In this document: positions 10,012 through 19,587 of the stretch, in pieces
Layout of the letters: every line of letters starts with the position of its first letter
Position numbering within the stretch: the stretch's first letter is position 1
From: a virus
Length of the DNA stretch: 64,000 nt
IMG/VR virus record: IMGVR_UViG_3300049893_000899
Span: 1-64,000 of that record
Strand: one strand, 5' to 3'
Notes under the pieces: generated by a model
What the model was told of the DNA's origin: nothing
What the model saw: the letters and a program-made list of their open reading frames with translations, nothing else
Database searches by the model: none
Made by a program: the position numbers and the translations under genes

Positions 10012-10200
10012 ATGGGAAATGAATATAAAATATGTGATAAAACGCAAATGTTACATATAGATTTAGTTAATCACGCTGTAAAGATGATTGCTGACACTAA
10101 AACAGTTATAGTTCTTAGGATAGAATCAACCATACTACATGATTCAATTAAAACTAGCATAAGAAACTCATTTATTAAACAGATAAAGAAAGAAGAATAG
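10012..10200 (+). CDS. Small helical protein, xxSI family paralog A
   Basis: C-terminus LHDSIKTSIRNSFIKQIKKEE is paralogous to 10429-10605. Confidence 0.6.
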   Translation: MGNEYKICDKTQMLHIDLVNHAVKMIADTKTVIVLRIESTILHDSIKTSIRNSFIKQIKKEE

Positions 10201-10428
10201 TATAACGGAACTAAATTAACAGAATTATGGAGGCAAACAATAAAACAAAATCTAAAATAGATCAAAAAATAAGTTACATTGTGGCTGGGAAAAAAGAGAT
10301 TTACTTTAAATACATAAAAAAAGTAAAACGCTGTAAACACGGCGTCACCAGTGCAAGCCATACACATTATATAATAAATAATAGTGTAAAAAAATTAATT
10401 AATAAAAAAACAATAAGTCATTAAAAGA

Positions 10429-10605
10429 ATGAAAATAACATATAAACCAGTTCACTCAATAAGTCTTATAATTGTAAGTACAAGCAAAGTTTACGTTAAG
10501 TTCTTAAAAACGTTTGTGGGTAAAGATGTTGGAGTAGAGATGCATAGTTCAATTAAAGATAGCATAGTAAGTTCAATTAGCAAGAAGATAAAGGAAAAAG
10601 AATAG
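10429..10605 (+). CDS. Small helical protein, xxSI family paralog B (58 aa)
   Basis: Read manually; ends MHSSIKDSIVSSISKKIKEKE; DNA similarity to paralog A extends through the stop (GAATAGTATA). Confidence 0.6.
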   Translation: MKITYKPVHSISLIIVSTSKVYVKFLKTFVGKDVGVEMHSSIKDSIVSSISKKIKEKE

Positions 10606-10679
10606 TATACCGTTTATTAAGCCGAATATAATTCGCAGGATTCAGTAGGCTGTATTGTTGTAATTTAAATTAGAGGAGC

Positions 10680-12512
10680 ATGGAAAGTATTAATAACAAG
10701 ACTTACAAGAAGCTTGGTAAATTGTGTCAAGATATCAATTCTGAAGTAGTAGGAGAAGATTATAAAATGAAAGATAATATTTGCTATTATATCTTTGACT
10801 TTGAAAGAAGTCTTGATGATGTATTCCGTACTATAGACATTAGTACTTGGGAAAAGGTATGTCATGAAGAAATAAAAAGCATTACGCCACTAAAGAAACA
10901 ATGAAACGATAGTAGATTATGCCTACGTGTGGTTTTTTTGTTTTGGTTTTGTTTGGTTCTGGAGTATTTGGTATAATTAATTAAAGTTTAAAACAATGGA
11001 AAACAAGTGGAAGTTATTTGAAGATGTAATTGCTTCAACAATGAATAGTAAATATTACAACTTAATTGACGAAGAATTAAGCGATAGAATAATTGAAAAA
11101 GTCTGGGAAGATAAAAATATTAATTACAATCAACATTTAAGTATATTATATGCAGTTGAAAAAAAATATAAAGATTGAAATACTTCATAAAATTATGGAA
11201 AGAAGAACAGAAACGGCTCTTCATATAAGGGGTATAGAAAATGTCAAAGAAGATGTTAAACTTCATATAAAAGAAGAATTAGACATACTAGAAGATGTAG
11301 GCATATATAGTTCAAGTTTAAGTTATTCAATAAGCAGGAGGATTTATGGTTAAATTTGTAAAAAAAGCTAAAATAAACCATAAAGTCTTAAAGTTAAGAT
11401 TTTCTTTTGATGGAGTTTAAAGGTTTAACGACATTAAATAGATGTACAATTCTTCAGTTCGATTTAAGTTTGAACAGATGTATGAATTAGAAAACAGTTT
11501 TGAAGATTTGTTTCATAAATATGGAAAGATTAGTAGAACACAGAGATCTTCTTTTAGAAAGACTGGATCTCTTGAGGGAATACGAAATGAAGACATTGAG
11601 CAATAGTATTTGTGGTGTTAATAACAAGAAGAATATAGATGTAATGTCTTATAAGCTACTTGTTAATCACGCAAAGATTGAAGCTGATGTGTACGATATT
11701 CCTGAATTAAATAATGTATCAGGTTTCGATTTAGGATTTGATGCAACTGAAGCTTTGGCTTCAATAGAGTTTAGTAGTGGTAATAGTTTAAATTAGTTTG
11801 TTATGTTAAGAAGAATATATTTTCTATTAAGATGGATTGTTTTGTTTGTTTTATTAGGGGTATTCTATTTCCCTGTGTTAATATCAATTTCAATATATTG
11901 TCTAGGAATATACATTTTCATTGGAAAAGGAGCTTCTGAGAAGTTTGAAGAGCTATTCAATGTATATGATTATTGGTTAGACTTAATGTTTAAAGATTTA
12001 TGAAAAAAAATATTAATATTGGGGAAAAAACAAGGCGTCTTTATTGCAGAATTGATGATGTCATTAATGAAAAAATAAGCGGAAGCATTATAAACAGAAA
12101 AGAAATGTTGCTATTAGACTTTTGGCTAGATAGAGACGGTGTAATTAGAGATATTCGTAAAAAGTGTAGGAATGAAACAGGTATCAGATAAAATAAGAAT
12201 AAAAACTAATATCATTAGGGAAAATAGTAATAATTTAATTTTAAATGAAATTAAAATAAGTTTATATAACAAAAAAATTAAGGATTTATGGGTCGATATA
12301 TCTATTAGCACTGGAATGTCATTAAAATGGAGAGAACGAATATTGAAGGATTAATTAATAATCATTTGTGTCAAATATCATTTGACGAAGAACTTGTTGT
12401 TGGACAGCAAGTTCGGTTTGAAACAGAAAACAACACTTGGGTTATATTCTTAAATATAGATATAGATAATCCTGTTGAAACATCAATAGCAAAAAAAATT
12501 AAAGAAGATTAA
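10680..12512 (+). CDS. Cluster of small hypothetical ORFs (10680-10904, 10996-11178, 11150-11353, 11500-11796, 11803-12003 TM, 12000-12191, 12172-12354, 12327-12512)
   Basis: Tightly packed or overlapping co-oriented 60-100 aa ORFs, typical of a phage early region. Confidence 0.55.
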
Positions 12513-12520
12513 ATAAAGTT

Positions 12521-14560
12521 ATGCAAGAAGAACAAGAAAAAAACGAACTGGTTTCGGGAGAAACTGGTCGAATTGAATCAATTAAAGTAACTGTTAATGG
12601 ATCAACAACAATAAACTACGTATTTGGTGCTGACGCAAACGTTGAAGACCTTGTAAAGTCTTTGGGCGGAGGGAACTTATCAGAAGAAAAGAAACAAGAG
12701 TTAATAGAAGAATTAACTCCAGAGCAAGAAGAAGCTCTATATGAACATAGAGATATGTGGTTAGATAAAGTGTTTGGCTACAAGTGTTACAACAACTTCA
12801 ATGAAGAGAGAGCTGTTAAAGCAATCAAGAAAATCTATCAGTATTGTGATGCTGGAGATTGTGATGTTGTAGTAATGGGTTCTCCTATGGGTATTCAGCA
12901 GTATTTAAATACTTTGAACAGAAAGAATGACCCAAATGCTAAAACAAGGTACTTTGACTTCAGTAGTTACGTAAACTATTCAGACTTTGGATGGTTAAGC
13001 TTCTATGAATACTTCTTGAAGCATCTAAACTTAATCCAAGACAAGAGAGAAGAATTAGAGATGATGATTGACGCTGTAGAGTGTTCATTTATGTCTGTTC
13101 AGCTTGAAGGTCTTTGCGTTATTTCCAAATATCCTACGTTTATCGCGAGGAACGAGAATAACGACATGAATAGTGTTGACGGCCCGGCAATCAAGTTTGA
13201 AGATGGGTTTGAGTTATACTATATCAATGGCTTTGAGATTGAGAAAGAGATGTTCGATATGTTGTCGGAGAAGAAAGTAACCTTTGAGATGTTCACTAAA
13301 GAGGAGAACGAAGAGGTTAAGAGTGCTATCTTATCATTTTATCAACAGAAGTTTGGTGATGAATACTTATTCTTGTTCTTGTCTGATAACATGAAAGAGG
13401 TTGATACCTATGTAGACAAGAAAGACCCTAAGTATTTAGTTGGAACTACTGGAGGTATGAACATCGGGGTGTATACGTTGTTTAAAGGAATTGTAAATGG
13501 TTTCAATGTAGCTTATGTAAGATGTTACTGTCCAAGTACGGATAGAATGTTCTTCTTAGGTGTTGAACCTGATACAAGAAACGCTAAGGACGGTATTGCT
13601 TCTTTGTATCGAATACCTAGGATGTTGGAGAATCATATTGAAGCTATACACAGACAGGGTAAGAATCTTTGCCCATTCACATAGAAATATATGAAATAAA
13701 ATCGAGGAAAATCGGTGAAAGCCTTCAATAAAATTATTATATTTATTATATGGAAGAAATATTCAAAGATTTAAAAGATTACTCAAGATATGAGTTTTCG
13801 AATTTAGGAAGAATCAGAAATAAGAAATCTGGCAAATTCCTAACTAATACAGTTGTTACAAAAGGCTATTTAAGTGTTAATATTTATAGAGATTCATTGG
13901 GAAGATCTATAACAGTAAAAACACATAGATTAATAGCTGAATGTTTTATCGGCAAAAAAGAAGGGTTAGTAATAGATCATATAGACAACGACAAAACAAA
14001 CAACAGATTAGAAAATCTTGAGTATGTATCAAATAGATTTAATGTTTTAAAGCAAAAAATATATTCAGCAAAAGGATTTCCTAGATTTGATTTAAAATCA
14101 AAAAAATTCATTATTGAATATAGAAAAGATAATTCAAAATTTAAGTTTACATCTTTTAATAGAGAGGAATGTTTAAATTATTATCTTGAAAATGTTAAAG
14201 AAACAGATTCATCTATAATTAAATTAATAAGTATATGTCTGGCTAATACCGAGGTAACTAAATGTATTGCGAAAGGACATTTAGCACCGTAGAGCATAGT
14301 GGATGAATAAATATAATTCCACCAAGAGTCCTTGACACCTTAACTATTATAGAAGGTGAAAATGTATGCCGAACTTATAAGATGATAAATTATAAGAATT
14401 GCAGGATAAAAAGCCAGCAAGATAACAAATGGAAGTTTACTCAACAACATTAACTCCAGAAGGAGAAGCTATCAACAAGTCTTTAACAAAAGAAGAAATA
14501 GCAGACCAAGTATCTATCAGTGGAGATAGATATTTTGATTTAATCAAGTATGAATATTAA
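12521..14560 (+). CDS. DUF6745-like protein, spliced: exon 1 12521-13660, exon 2 14432-14560 (422 aa)
   Basis: Motifs GWLSFYEYF, DGPAIKFEDGFELYYING, EENEEVK and YVRCYCPSTDRMFFLGV. Joining the exons gives ...HRQG|EVYSTTLTPEGEAINKSLTKEEIADQVSISGDRYFDLIKYEY*. Confidence 0.75.
13661..14431 (+). mobile_element. Group I self-splicing intron
   Basis: P1 GGGT|AAGAATCTTT-GCCC with U.G at the 5' splice site; P3 TCGAGGA/TCCTTGA; P4 TCGGT/ACCGA; P5 AGCC/GGCT; P7 GCATA/TATGC (R CGTAGAGCATA, S AAAATGTATGCC); P8 CACCTT/AAGGTG; terminal G at 14431; splicing restores the frame. Confidence 0.88.
13750..14292 (+). CDS. Intron-encoded NUMOD4-HNH homing endonuclease
   Basis: EEIFKDLKDYSRYEFSNLGRIRN (NUMOD4) and HRLIAECF...IDHIDNDKTNNRLENLEYV (HNH). 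Confidence 0.9.
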   Translation: MEEIFKDLKDYSRYEFSNLGRIRNKKSGKFLTNTVVTKGYLSVNIYRDSLGRSITVKTHRLIAECFIGKKEGLVIDHIDNDKTNNRLENLEYVSNRFNVLKQKIYSAKGFPRFDLKSKKFIIEYRKDNSKFKFTSFNREECLNYYLENVKETDSSIIKLISICLANTEVTKCIAKGHLAP

Positions 14561-14583
14561 TCTTTAAATTGTAAATTTGTTTT

Positions 14584-14826
14584 ATGAATACATATACAGA
14601 AAACGGAGTAAATGTAGCTTCAAAAGAATCTACATCGGGACATTTCGCTCAAGGAGCAGTAAATGTTGTCTTATTGGACGAGGTAACTGAAACTTCATGG
14701 ATTGAAGGGAAGAGCGTATTAAAGACTAAGAATCATACTGATTTGAAGTTAGAGAAGAGCGTTATTGTTACTATCCAGAACGTGTATAATCCATTCTCAA
14801 GAATGTTTGAGAAGTCGAGAGATTAA
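14584..14826 (+). CDS. Small partner protein of DUF6745 genes
   Basis: ESTSGH...NHTDLKL...QNVYNP...RD resembles, from my recall, the GExTGH...H...QxEYxP...D proteins that neighbour DUF6745 genes. Confidence 0.5.
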   Translation: MNTYTENGVNVASKESTSGHFAQGAVNVVLLDEVTETSWIEGKSVLKTKNHTDLKLEKSVIVTIQNVYNPFSRMFEKSRD

Positions 14827-14852
14827 ATAACATTTCGATATCTATATAACAC

Positions 14853-14880
14853 AAAGAACCACTTGGTTAAGTGGTTTTTT
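14853..14880 (+). terminator. Rho-independent terminator
   Basis: AACCACTT-GGTT-AAGTGGTT followed by a T-run. Confidence 0.65.
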
Positions 14881-14889
14881 GTTCTTTAA

Positions 14890-14964
14890 ACCAAAGTAGA
14901 GGAAATAGTTTAGACTCGTGCCTTGTAATGGGGTAAGTTGTCGGTGAAAGTCCGACCTTTGTTA
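14890..14964 (+). ncRNA. Degenerate tRNA-like element
   Basis: Acceptor ACCAAAG/CTTTGTT, D stem GAG/CTC, anticodon arm TGCCT-TGTAATG-GGGTA, T-arm GTCGG-TGAAAGT-CCGAC; loops are non-canonical. Confidence 0.45.
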
Positions 14965-14966
14965 TT

Positions 14967-15038
14967 GGTCATGTGGTCGATAATGGCAATGGCGATTACG
15001 GAAGTAATAGAATACAGGTTCGAATCCTGTCCTGACCA
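14967..15038 (+). ncRNA. tRNA-like element with the anticodon loop replaced by a GGAA tetraloop
   Basis: Acceptor GGTCATG/CCTGACC, D-arm GTCG-ATAATGGCAA-TGGC, ATTAC-GGAA-GTAAT, perfect T-arm ACAGG-TTCGAAT-CCTGT. Confidence 0.65.
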
Positions 15039-15397
15039 CAAAAATAAACTAACTAAAGTAAAAAGCTCGGTACCGACTATTTCAAAGGTATCAAGTATAT
15101 TAGAAGGCAGGTGAAGCCCTGAATGGTTAGTTTTTATATGGTTAAACGAGACGTAGCGTTGAGCGTTGATACATGAATTAACCAAGTGACTATTAGTTCA
15201 TCTTTCAGTTGAAAGAAGGAAATAAAGAATCGCATAGGTTAAGTTCTATGCGTTTTTTTTGATAAGACTGTAATTATTATAGCCTTGTTTAGTTGCAAAT
15301 GAATAAGGATCGAAGTAGTACAGTATGAGATAGCGACTGTTGTAATCGTTGGTACACTAATAATACAGAATTAGACTATATTTACCAAAATCTGTAT

Positions 15398-15426
15398 AAA
15401 AAAAGCCTGATTAATTCAGGCTTTTT
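15398..15426. terminator. Bidirectional terminator-like hairpin
   Basis: AAAAAGCCTGA-TTAAT-TCAGGCTTTTT. Confidence 0.65.
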
Positions 15427-15447
15427 GGTTTAAAATCAATTAAAAAC

Positions 15448-15642
15448 ATGAGAATATTATATTTCATCTTAATAGTAGTTTATGTAGCATCTACTACTAT
15501 AATTATAATAACAAGCAACAATGATGCTTTTGCATTAAAAGAATACTTCAGAGAAAACAAATATTGGTTGATTGTATATACATTATATTCAGCTACATTA
15601 ATAGTTTTAAACTCTTGGTTTATTGGTAAAATCTTAAAGTAG
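15448..15642 (+). CDS. Small two-TM membrane protein
   Basis: Two hydrophobic segments. Confidence 0.55.
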   Translation: MRILYFILIVVYVASTTIIIITSNNDAFALKEYFRENKYWLIVYTLYSATLIVLNSWFIGKILK

Positions 15643-15729
15643 ATAGTGATGTAAGTGGGAATAAATACCACCTTGGGTAACACGCTGAATTTAGTTCGGT
15701 TAATAGGGGTTCGATTCCCTTCTTTCTAC
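15640..15729 (+). ncRNA. tRNA-like element, nominal anticodon UUA, enlarged D-arm
   Basis: Acceptor TAGATAG/CTTTCTA, anticodon arm GCTGA-ATTTAGT-TCGGT, T-arm AGGGG-TTCGATT-CCCTT; extra GTGG/CCAC hairpin in the D region. Confidence 0.5.
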
Positions 15730-15733
15730 TTAA

Positions 15734-15802
15734 CCCTGTTAGCAGTTCCGGGAAGTGCGGATGAAAATAGTAGTATGTTGGTTAAACTCCAACAAACAGG
15801 GT
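15734..15802 (+). ncRNA. Highly degenerate tRNA-like element
   Basis: Perfect acceptor CCCTGTT/AACAGGG and T-arm GTTGG-TTAAACT-CCAAC; anticodon region unpaired. Confidence 0.4.
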
Positions 15803-15818
15803 TTTAAATTTAAAAACA

Positions 15819-16013
15819 ATGTTCATTAGAAGAAAACTTGGAGGCAAGCTAATTGATAGTTTTACTGAAGCTGAAAACAGTGCTAACATAGATTATGTTT
15901 TACTTAACAAAATTAAGAATGAAACATTAATGACGAATGGATTTTATTCAATTGGAAGAAGAATTGGCTGGTCAATAAAAAAGTTGATAATAACAAAAAA
16001 GAAAGAACTATGA
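15819..16013 (+). CDS. Small hypothetical protein
   Basis: Coupled to the next ORF; ends YSIGRRIGWSIKKLII (4-residue period). Confidence 0.55.
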   Translation: MFIRRKLGGKLIDSFTEAENSANIDYVLLNKIKNETLMTNGFYSIGRRIGWSIKKLIITKKKEL

Positions 16014-16285
16014 ATTTAGGCAAAAAATTTAATCAAGTAAGGGATCAAGTATGGACTCAAGTAGGGAATCAAGTAGTGAATCAAGTAAGGGGTCAAGTAG
16101 GGAATCAAGTAGTGAATCAAGTAAGGGGTCAAGTAGAGAATCAAGTAATGAATCAAGTAAGGGGTCAAGTAGTGAATCAAGTATGGACTCAAGTAAGGAA
16201 TCAAGTAGTGAATCAAGTAGGGTTTCAAGTAGGGAGTCAAATATTATCAGCAATTCAAAAAAACAATGAAAATGACATATTTTAA
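16010..16285 (+). CDS. xxQV tetrapeptide-repeat protein 1
   Basis: 17 QV units; start and stop overlap neighbouring genes. Confidence 0.7.
   Translation: MNLGKKFNQVRDQVWTQVGNQVVNQVRGQVGNQVVNQVRGQVENQVMNQVRGQVVNQVWTQVRNQVVNQVGFQVGSQILSAIQKNNENDIF
16031..16240 (+). repeat. 12-nt tandem repeat NNT-CAA-GTA-NNG
   Basis: Invariant TCAAGTA every 12 nt. Confidence 0.95.
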
Positions 16286-18080
16286 AATATTACTACTAAA
16301 GCTATTAATAAAGATTTGGAACAAGGTTTCAATTGACTTTATATTAAATACATTAATCTATTTAGGAGGCAGTTTTGCATTGTCTACCATAATGGTAGCA
16401 AACATGTCTTACGCTGTAATAGAGCAAGACAATCCTAAAAACGAATTTAATGTAGACAAAAGTAATGAAGAATTTATTATATTGGAGCGCCATAAAGAGA
16501 TTGATGGCGTTGACGTTATAATTGAAATAGATTCATGCAAAAAACTTATGAAGTAGAAGCTGAGCTACAAGGTAGTATTTATTCAGCAAAGGTAAGAGTT
16601 AGATTAGAACTTATTGATATTGATACAAAAGAGTTTGACTTCAATGATGATGAAGTTAAAATACTTTCAATAGAGAGAAATGGCTTAAAGTCTAGCCCCA
16701 ATAGAGAAAACAAGAACGCTATTTACGAAGCGTTAAGAGAAATTGTAAAAGAAGACGAAAGTTTGTTTTATGAAATGGAATAAGAAATTAGAGAGTAAAC
16801 TAAAAAGTTTAGGGTACTCTCGTTCGGAAAATGATTTGTACTGGATGGAGAAGAACATCACAGACAGATATAAGATTGTAGCTATTATTGATGTTAGAAA
16901 CGACGTTTCTTTCAATCTAGCTTCAGACAGAGGTGTTGTTTGTAGTATGGATTACCTTGAAGATAAGATTGAAGAACTTGATGAAGTCACTGACTCTTGG
17001 AAGAAAGCGATGGTATATGTTACAATGGCTGTTATTGCTGTTGATTTGGCTTTAGTTGTTGTTGCTCAATTTCTATCTTAATATGTTCGGAGTAGGAGAT
17101 GAAGTTTACGACTCGTTAAATCATCCAGGAAAAGTTCTTTTTGTTCAGAGTGAAATACCAGACGGCCCATACAAAGGCTGTCTTGTTGTTTCTGAACAAG
17201 GAGGTACTTCTGTTGGATTGTATTTACGTTCAGGACTTAGGGTAGTAAGTCTTGTTCAATCATTGAGTTATAAGCCATATGAGGTTAACATTGAAGGATT
17301 AGTATTTGTTAAACCTGATTATAGAAATGTTGAAGTTGGAGAAGAAGTTGAGGTTTTAAGTCATTTAGGCTGGGAAACTAAAACTGTTGCAGCTATAACT
17401 GAAAGCGGAGGAGTTATCACTAAAGGGAAAAAAGGAGGGTTCTTTGATGTATGGAGAAAGAAAGTAAAGTAAATACAAAGATTATTTATTTAAGACAATG
17501 TCTACTGCGCCAAGCTACAAGTCAATTAGGCACTCGACTAATTAATCAAACAGAAGACCTTATATGGATTGAAATATCTCGTCAAACACAAAGGAACATG
17601 GGCAATCAAGTGATTGGTATGGTTCTTAAAAATCCAAAAGACAATGGAGGAAAAAGATGAAATAAAACAAAAAACTCTTGAAAGTTGCAAATCAGATTTA
17701 TCTAAAATAAACAAAGAATTACGAGATATATTCCCTTCTCATGTTAGGGATTATCAGGATCGCAATAATAATTCTTTCTTTGTAATATCACCTGGCACTT
17801 ACAATACAATCAAATGGTCTGTAATAGATAAGCTTAGAAAGCTATGGGGAATGGATTAGTTAACATTAGAACCAAGATTACCTTTGCTCCAGATCAAAAC
17901 CACATGCAAAAGGAAGTGATTAGAGAAAAAGGCCTTAATTTTTACATTAAAACAGGAAGACTTTGTTGTAATGATTTAAGTAATCCTGTTTATGATTTAT
18001 TCAGAAAGTTCTACATAGACGTATTTAGTTCAAAAAATTGTGTATTTGAAAGAATGTATGGAAAAAATAATAAGTTTTAA
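16266..18080 (+). CDS. Cluster of small hypothetical ORFs (16266-16556 TM, 16535-16783, 16770-17081 C-terminal TM, 17056-17472, 17451-17660, 17614-17859, 17844-18080)
   Basis: Overlapping co-oriented ORFs. Confidence 0.55.
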
Positions 18081-18576
18081 AAAGGCACTAAACAATATTC
18101 AATCAAGGAATACGAGAAATAAGAGTAAGACTTATAAGGTAGACGAAGAGCTTCTTGCAATAAGAAATTATGTTACAATAAACATAATGCAAGGAATAAA
18201 TCAACTTCCTTATGTTGTTGATAAAAAAAGCAAGAGAGAATTGGTAGAGAAAAGATCTGTTATTACAGTTATATTAAGACAGGCGTTAGGTTTTGAATTA
18301 GTATATATTGCGTTGTATGTATTTAACAATAAAGATCATTCTCCTTATTCTCATCTTGAACACAATGTATATCATCTTGTTTCAAAAAAGGTTATAGAAG
18401 AGGTTTCTAATGATGTTATGTGTATTATCCTTGAAAACATCTCAAGAACATTCTATATTGATGAATATGGTTTAGTAAGAGTAAATGTTGAACACCCAAA
18501 ACTAGAAAGAGTTTTGTGGACAAAAGAAGAGTTTGGTGATTATCTTTATAATCATCTTGAAGCTAATTACCGTTAA
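18040..18576 (+). CDS. Protein with a DnaA domain IV-like HTH
   Basis: RSVITVILRQALGFELVYIALYVFNNKDHS parallels the DnaA C-terminal RQIAMYL.R..T..SL..IG..FGGRDHT. Confidence 0.5.
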   Translation: MYLKECMEKIISFKKALNNIQSRNTRNKSKTYKVDEELLAIRNYVTINIMQGINQLPYVVDKKSKRELVEKRSVITVILRQALGFELVYIALYVFNNKDHSPYSHLEHNVYHLVSKKVIEEVSNDVMCIILENISRTFYIDEYGLVRVNVEHPKLERVLWTKEEFGDYLYNHLEANYR

Positions 18577-18588
18577 ATTAAAAAAATA

Positions 18589-18900
18589 ATGAAAGCCTTT
18601 GATAAAGTAAAGAACCAAGTAAGGGTTCAAGTAAGGGATCAAGTATGGGATCAAGTAGGGGTTCAAGTATGGGATCAAGTAGTGAATCAAGTAGGGAATC
18701 AAGTAAGGGTTCAAGTAAGTGATCAAGTAAGGGTTCAAGTAAGGGATCAAGTATGGGATCAAGTAGAGAATCAAGTATGGTTTCAAGTAAGGGTTCAAGT
18801 AAGGGATCAAGTAAGGGATCAAGTAGGGGTTCAAGTAAGGGATCAAGTAGGGGATCAAGTAGAGAACAAAGTGAAAAGAACGTTAGCTCCTTATAATTAG
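18589..18900 (+). CDS. xxQV tetrapeptide-repeat protein 2
   Basis: 21 QV units; its stop abuts the next ATG. Confidence 0.7.
   Translation: MKAFDKVKNQVRVQVRDQVWDQVGVQVWDQVVNQVGNQVRVQVSDQVRVQVRDQVWDQVENQVWFQVRVQVRDQVRDQVGVQVRDQVGDQVENKVKRTLAPYN
18613..18861 (+). repeat. 12-nt tandem repeat NNT-CAA-GTA-NNG (second array)
   Basis: Same unit as 16031-16240. Confidence 0.95.
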
Positions 18901-19587
18901 ATGGTAACAAAAGAAAGAAGATCGACAAGTTGGAATACTGGGTTTTCCAAAGTCAAAGTAGAATCAAATGATTTCTTCACCTTAGATGAATATCAGAAGG
19001 AAGTAGAAGCAATGAAAGAGGCTTCAGAAAACAAAAGTAAAATAGACAGAATTAGATTAGCATTATCTGTTAATAATTCTGACTTAAAAAGTGTAATTCA
19101 AGAAATTTTAAACGACTAAAAATTAAATTATGGTAGAAGTATCAAGAGACATTGAACACGCAAGAGAGCGTCTTCAAGCAGAGGTTAATAAAAACAAGTT
19201 AGTTATTGACCGTTCAGTATTTGTTAAGACTGAAGAAGAGAAATTAGCTTTAAAGAAAGCTAAATCAGTTCACAAGTTGGCGTCAAAAGCAAAGAAATAA
19301 TGGCTAATCATGAAGAAGATCGTTTGGGTTTTTGGAAAACTCCAAGCGGTAAACCAACTAAGATAAGCGACTTATCTAACGAAGAGTTGAAGAAAGCTTC
19401 TTTAGACATTCAAAGAAAGTTCAGATACTACCAGACTACTGTTTGGGACCTTGACTGTATTGATATCAATATTCGTGTTGAAGCAGAAAGAAGAGGTATA
19501 GATCTTGAGTGTATGGATAAATACGCTAAGACTGAAGAGGAGAGAATTTTCTACAAGAAAACATTTAGCAAAAGGCTATCTAACTAA
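18901..19587 (+). CDS. Three small hypothetical ORFs (18901-19119, 19130-19300, 19300-19587)
   Basis: Coupled ORFs; the middle one was read manually (56 aa, MVEVSRDIEHARE...). Confidence 0.55.

Noticed and set aside
13661-13684. C-terminus KNLCPFT of ORF 12521-13684
   Set aside because: This is intron sequence (P1) read through; the true C-terminus is in exon 2.
14890-15802. Calling these functional tRNA genes with amino-acid identities
   Set aside because: Anticodon loops are non-canonical or absent, so no identity can be supported.
16031-18861. CRISPR array or DGR template/variable repeat pair
   Set aside because: The period is only 12 nt with no unique spacers or cas genes. The adenines of CAA GTA never vary and no reverse transcriptase is in the window.
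16016-18928. Alternative-frame and antisense ORFs over the 12-nt repeats (PYLI, LLDS/LLDP and SSRE repeats)
   Set aside because: The repeat lacks stops in several frames; only the QV frame has start/stop coupling with its neighbours.
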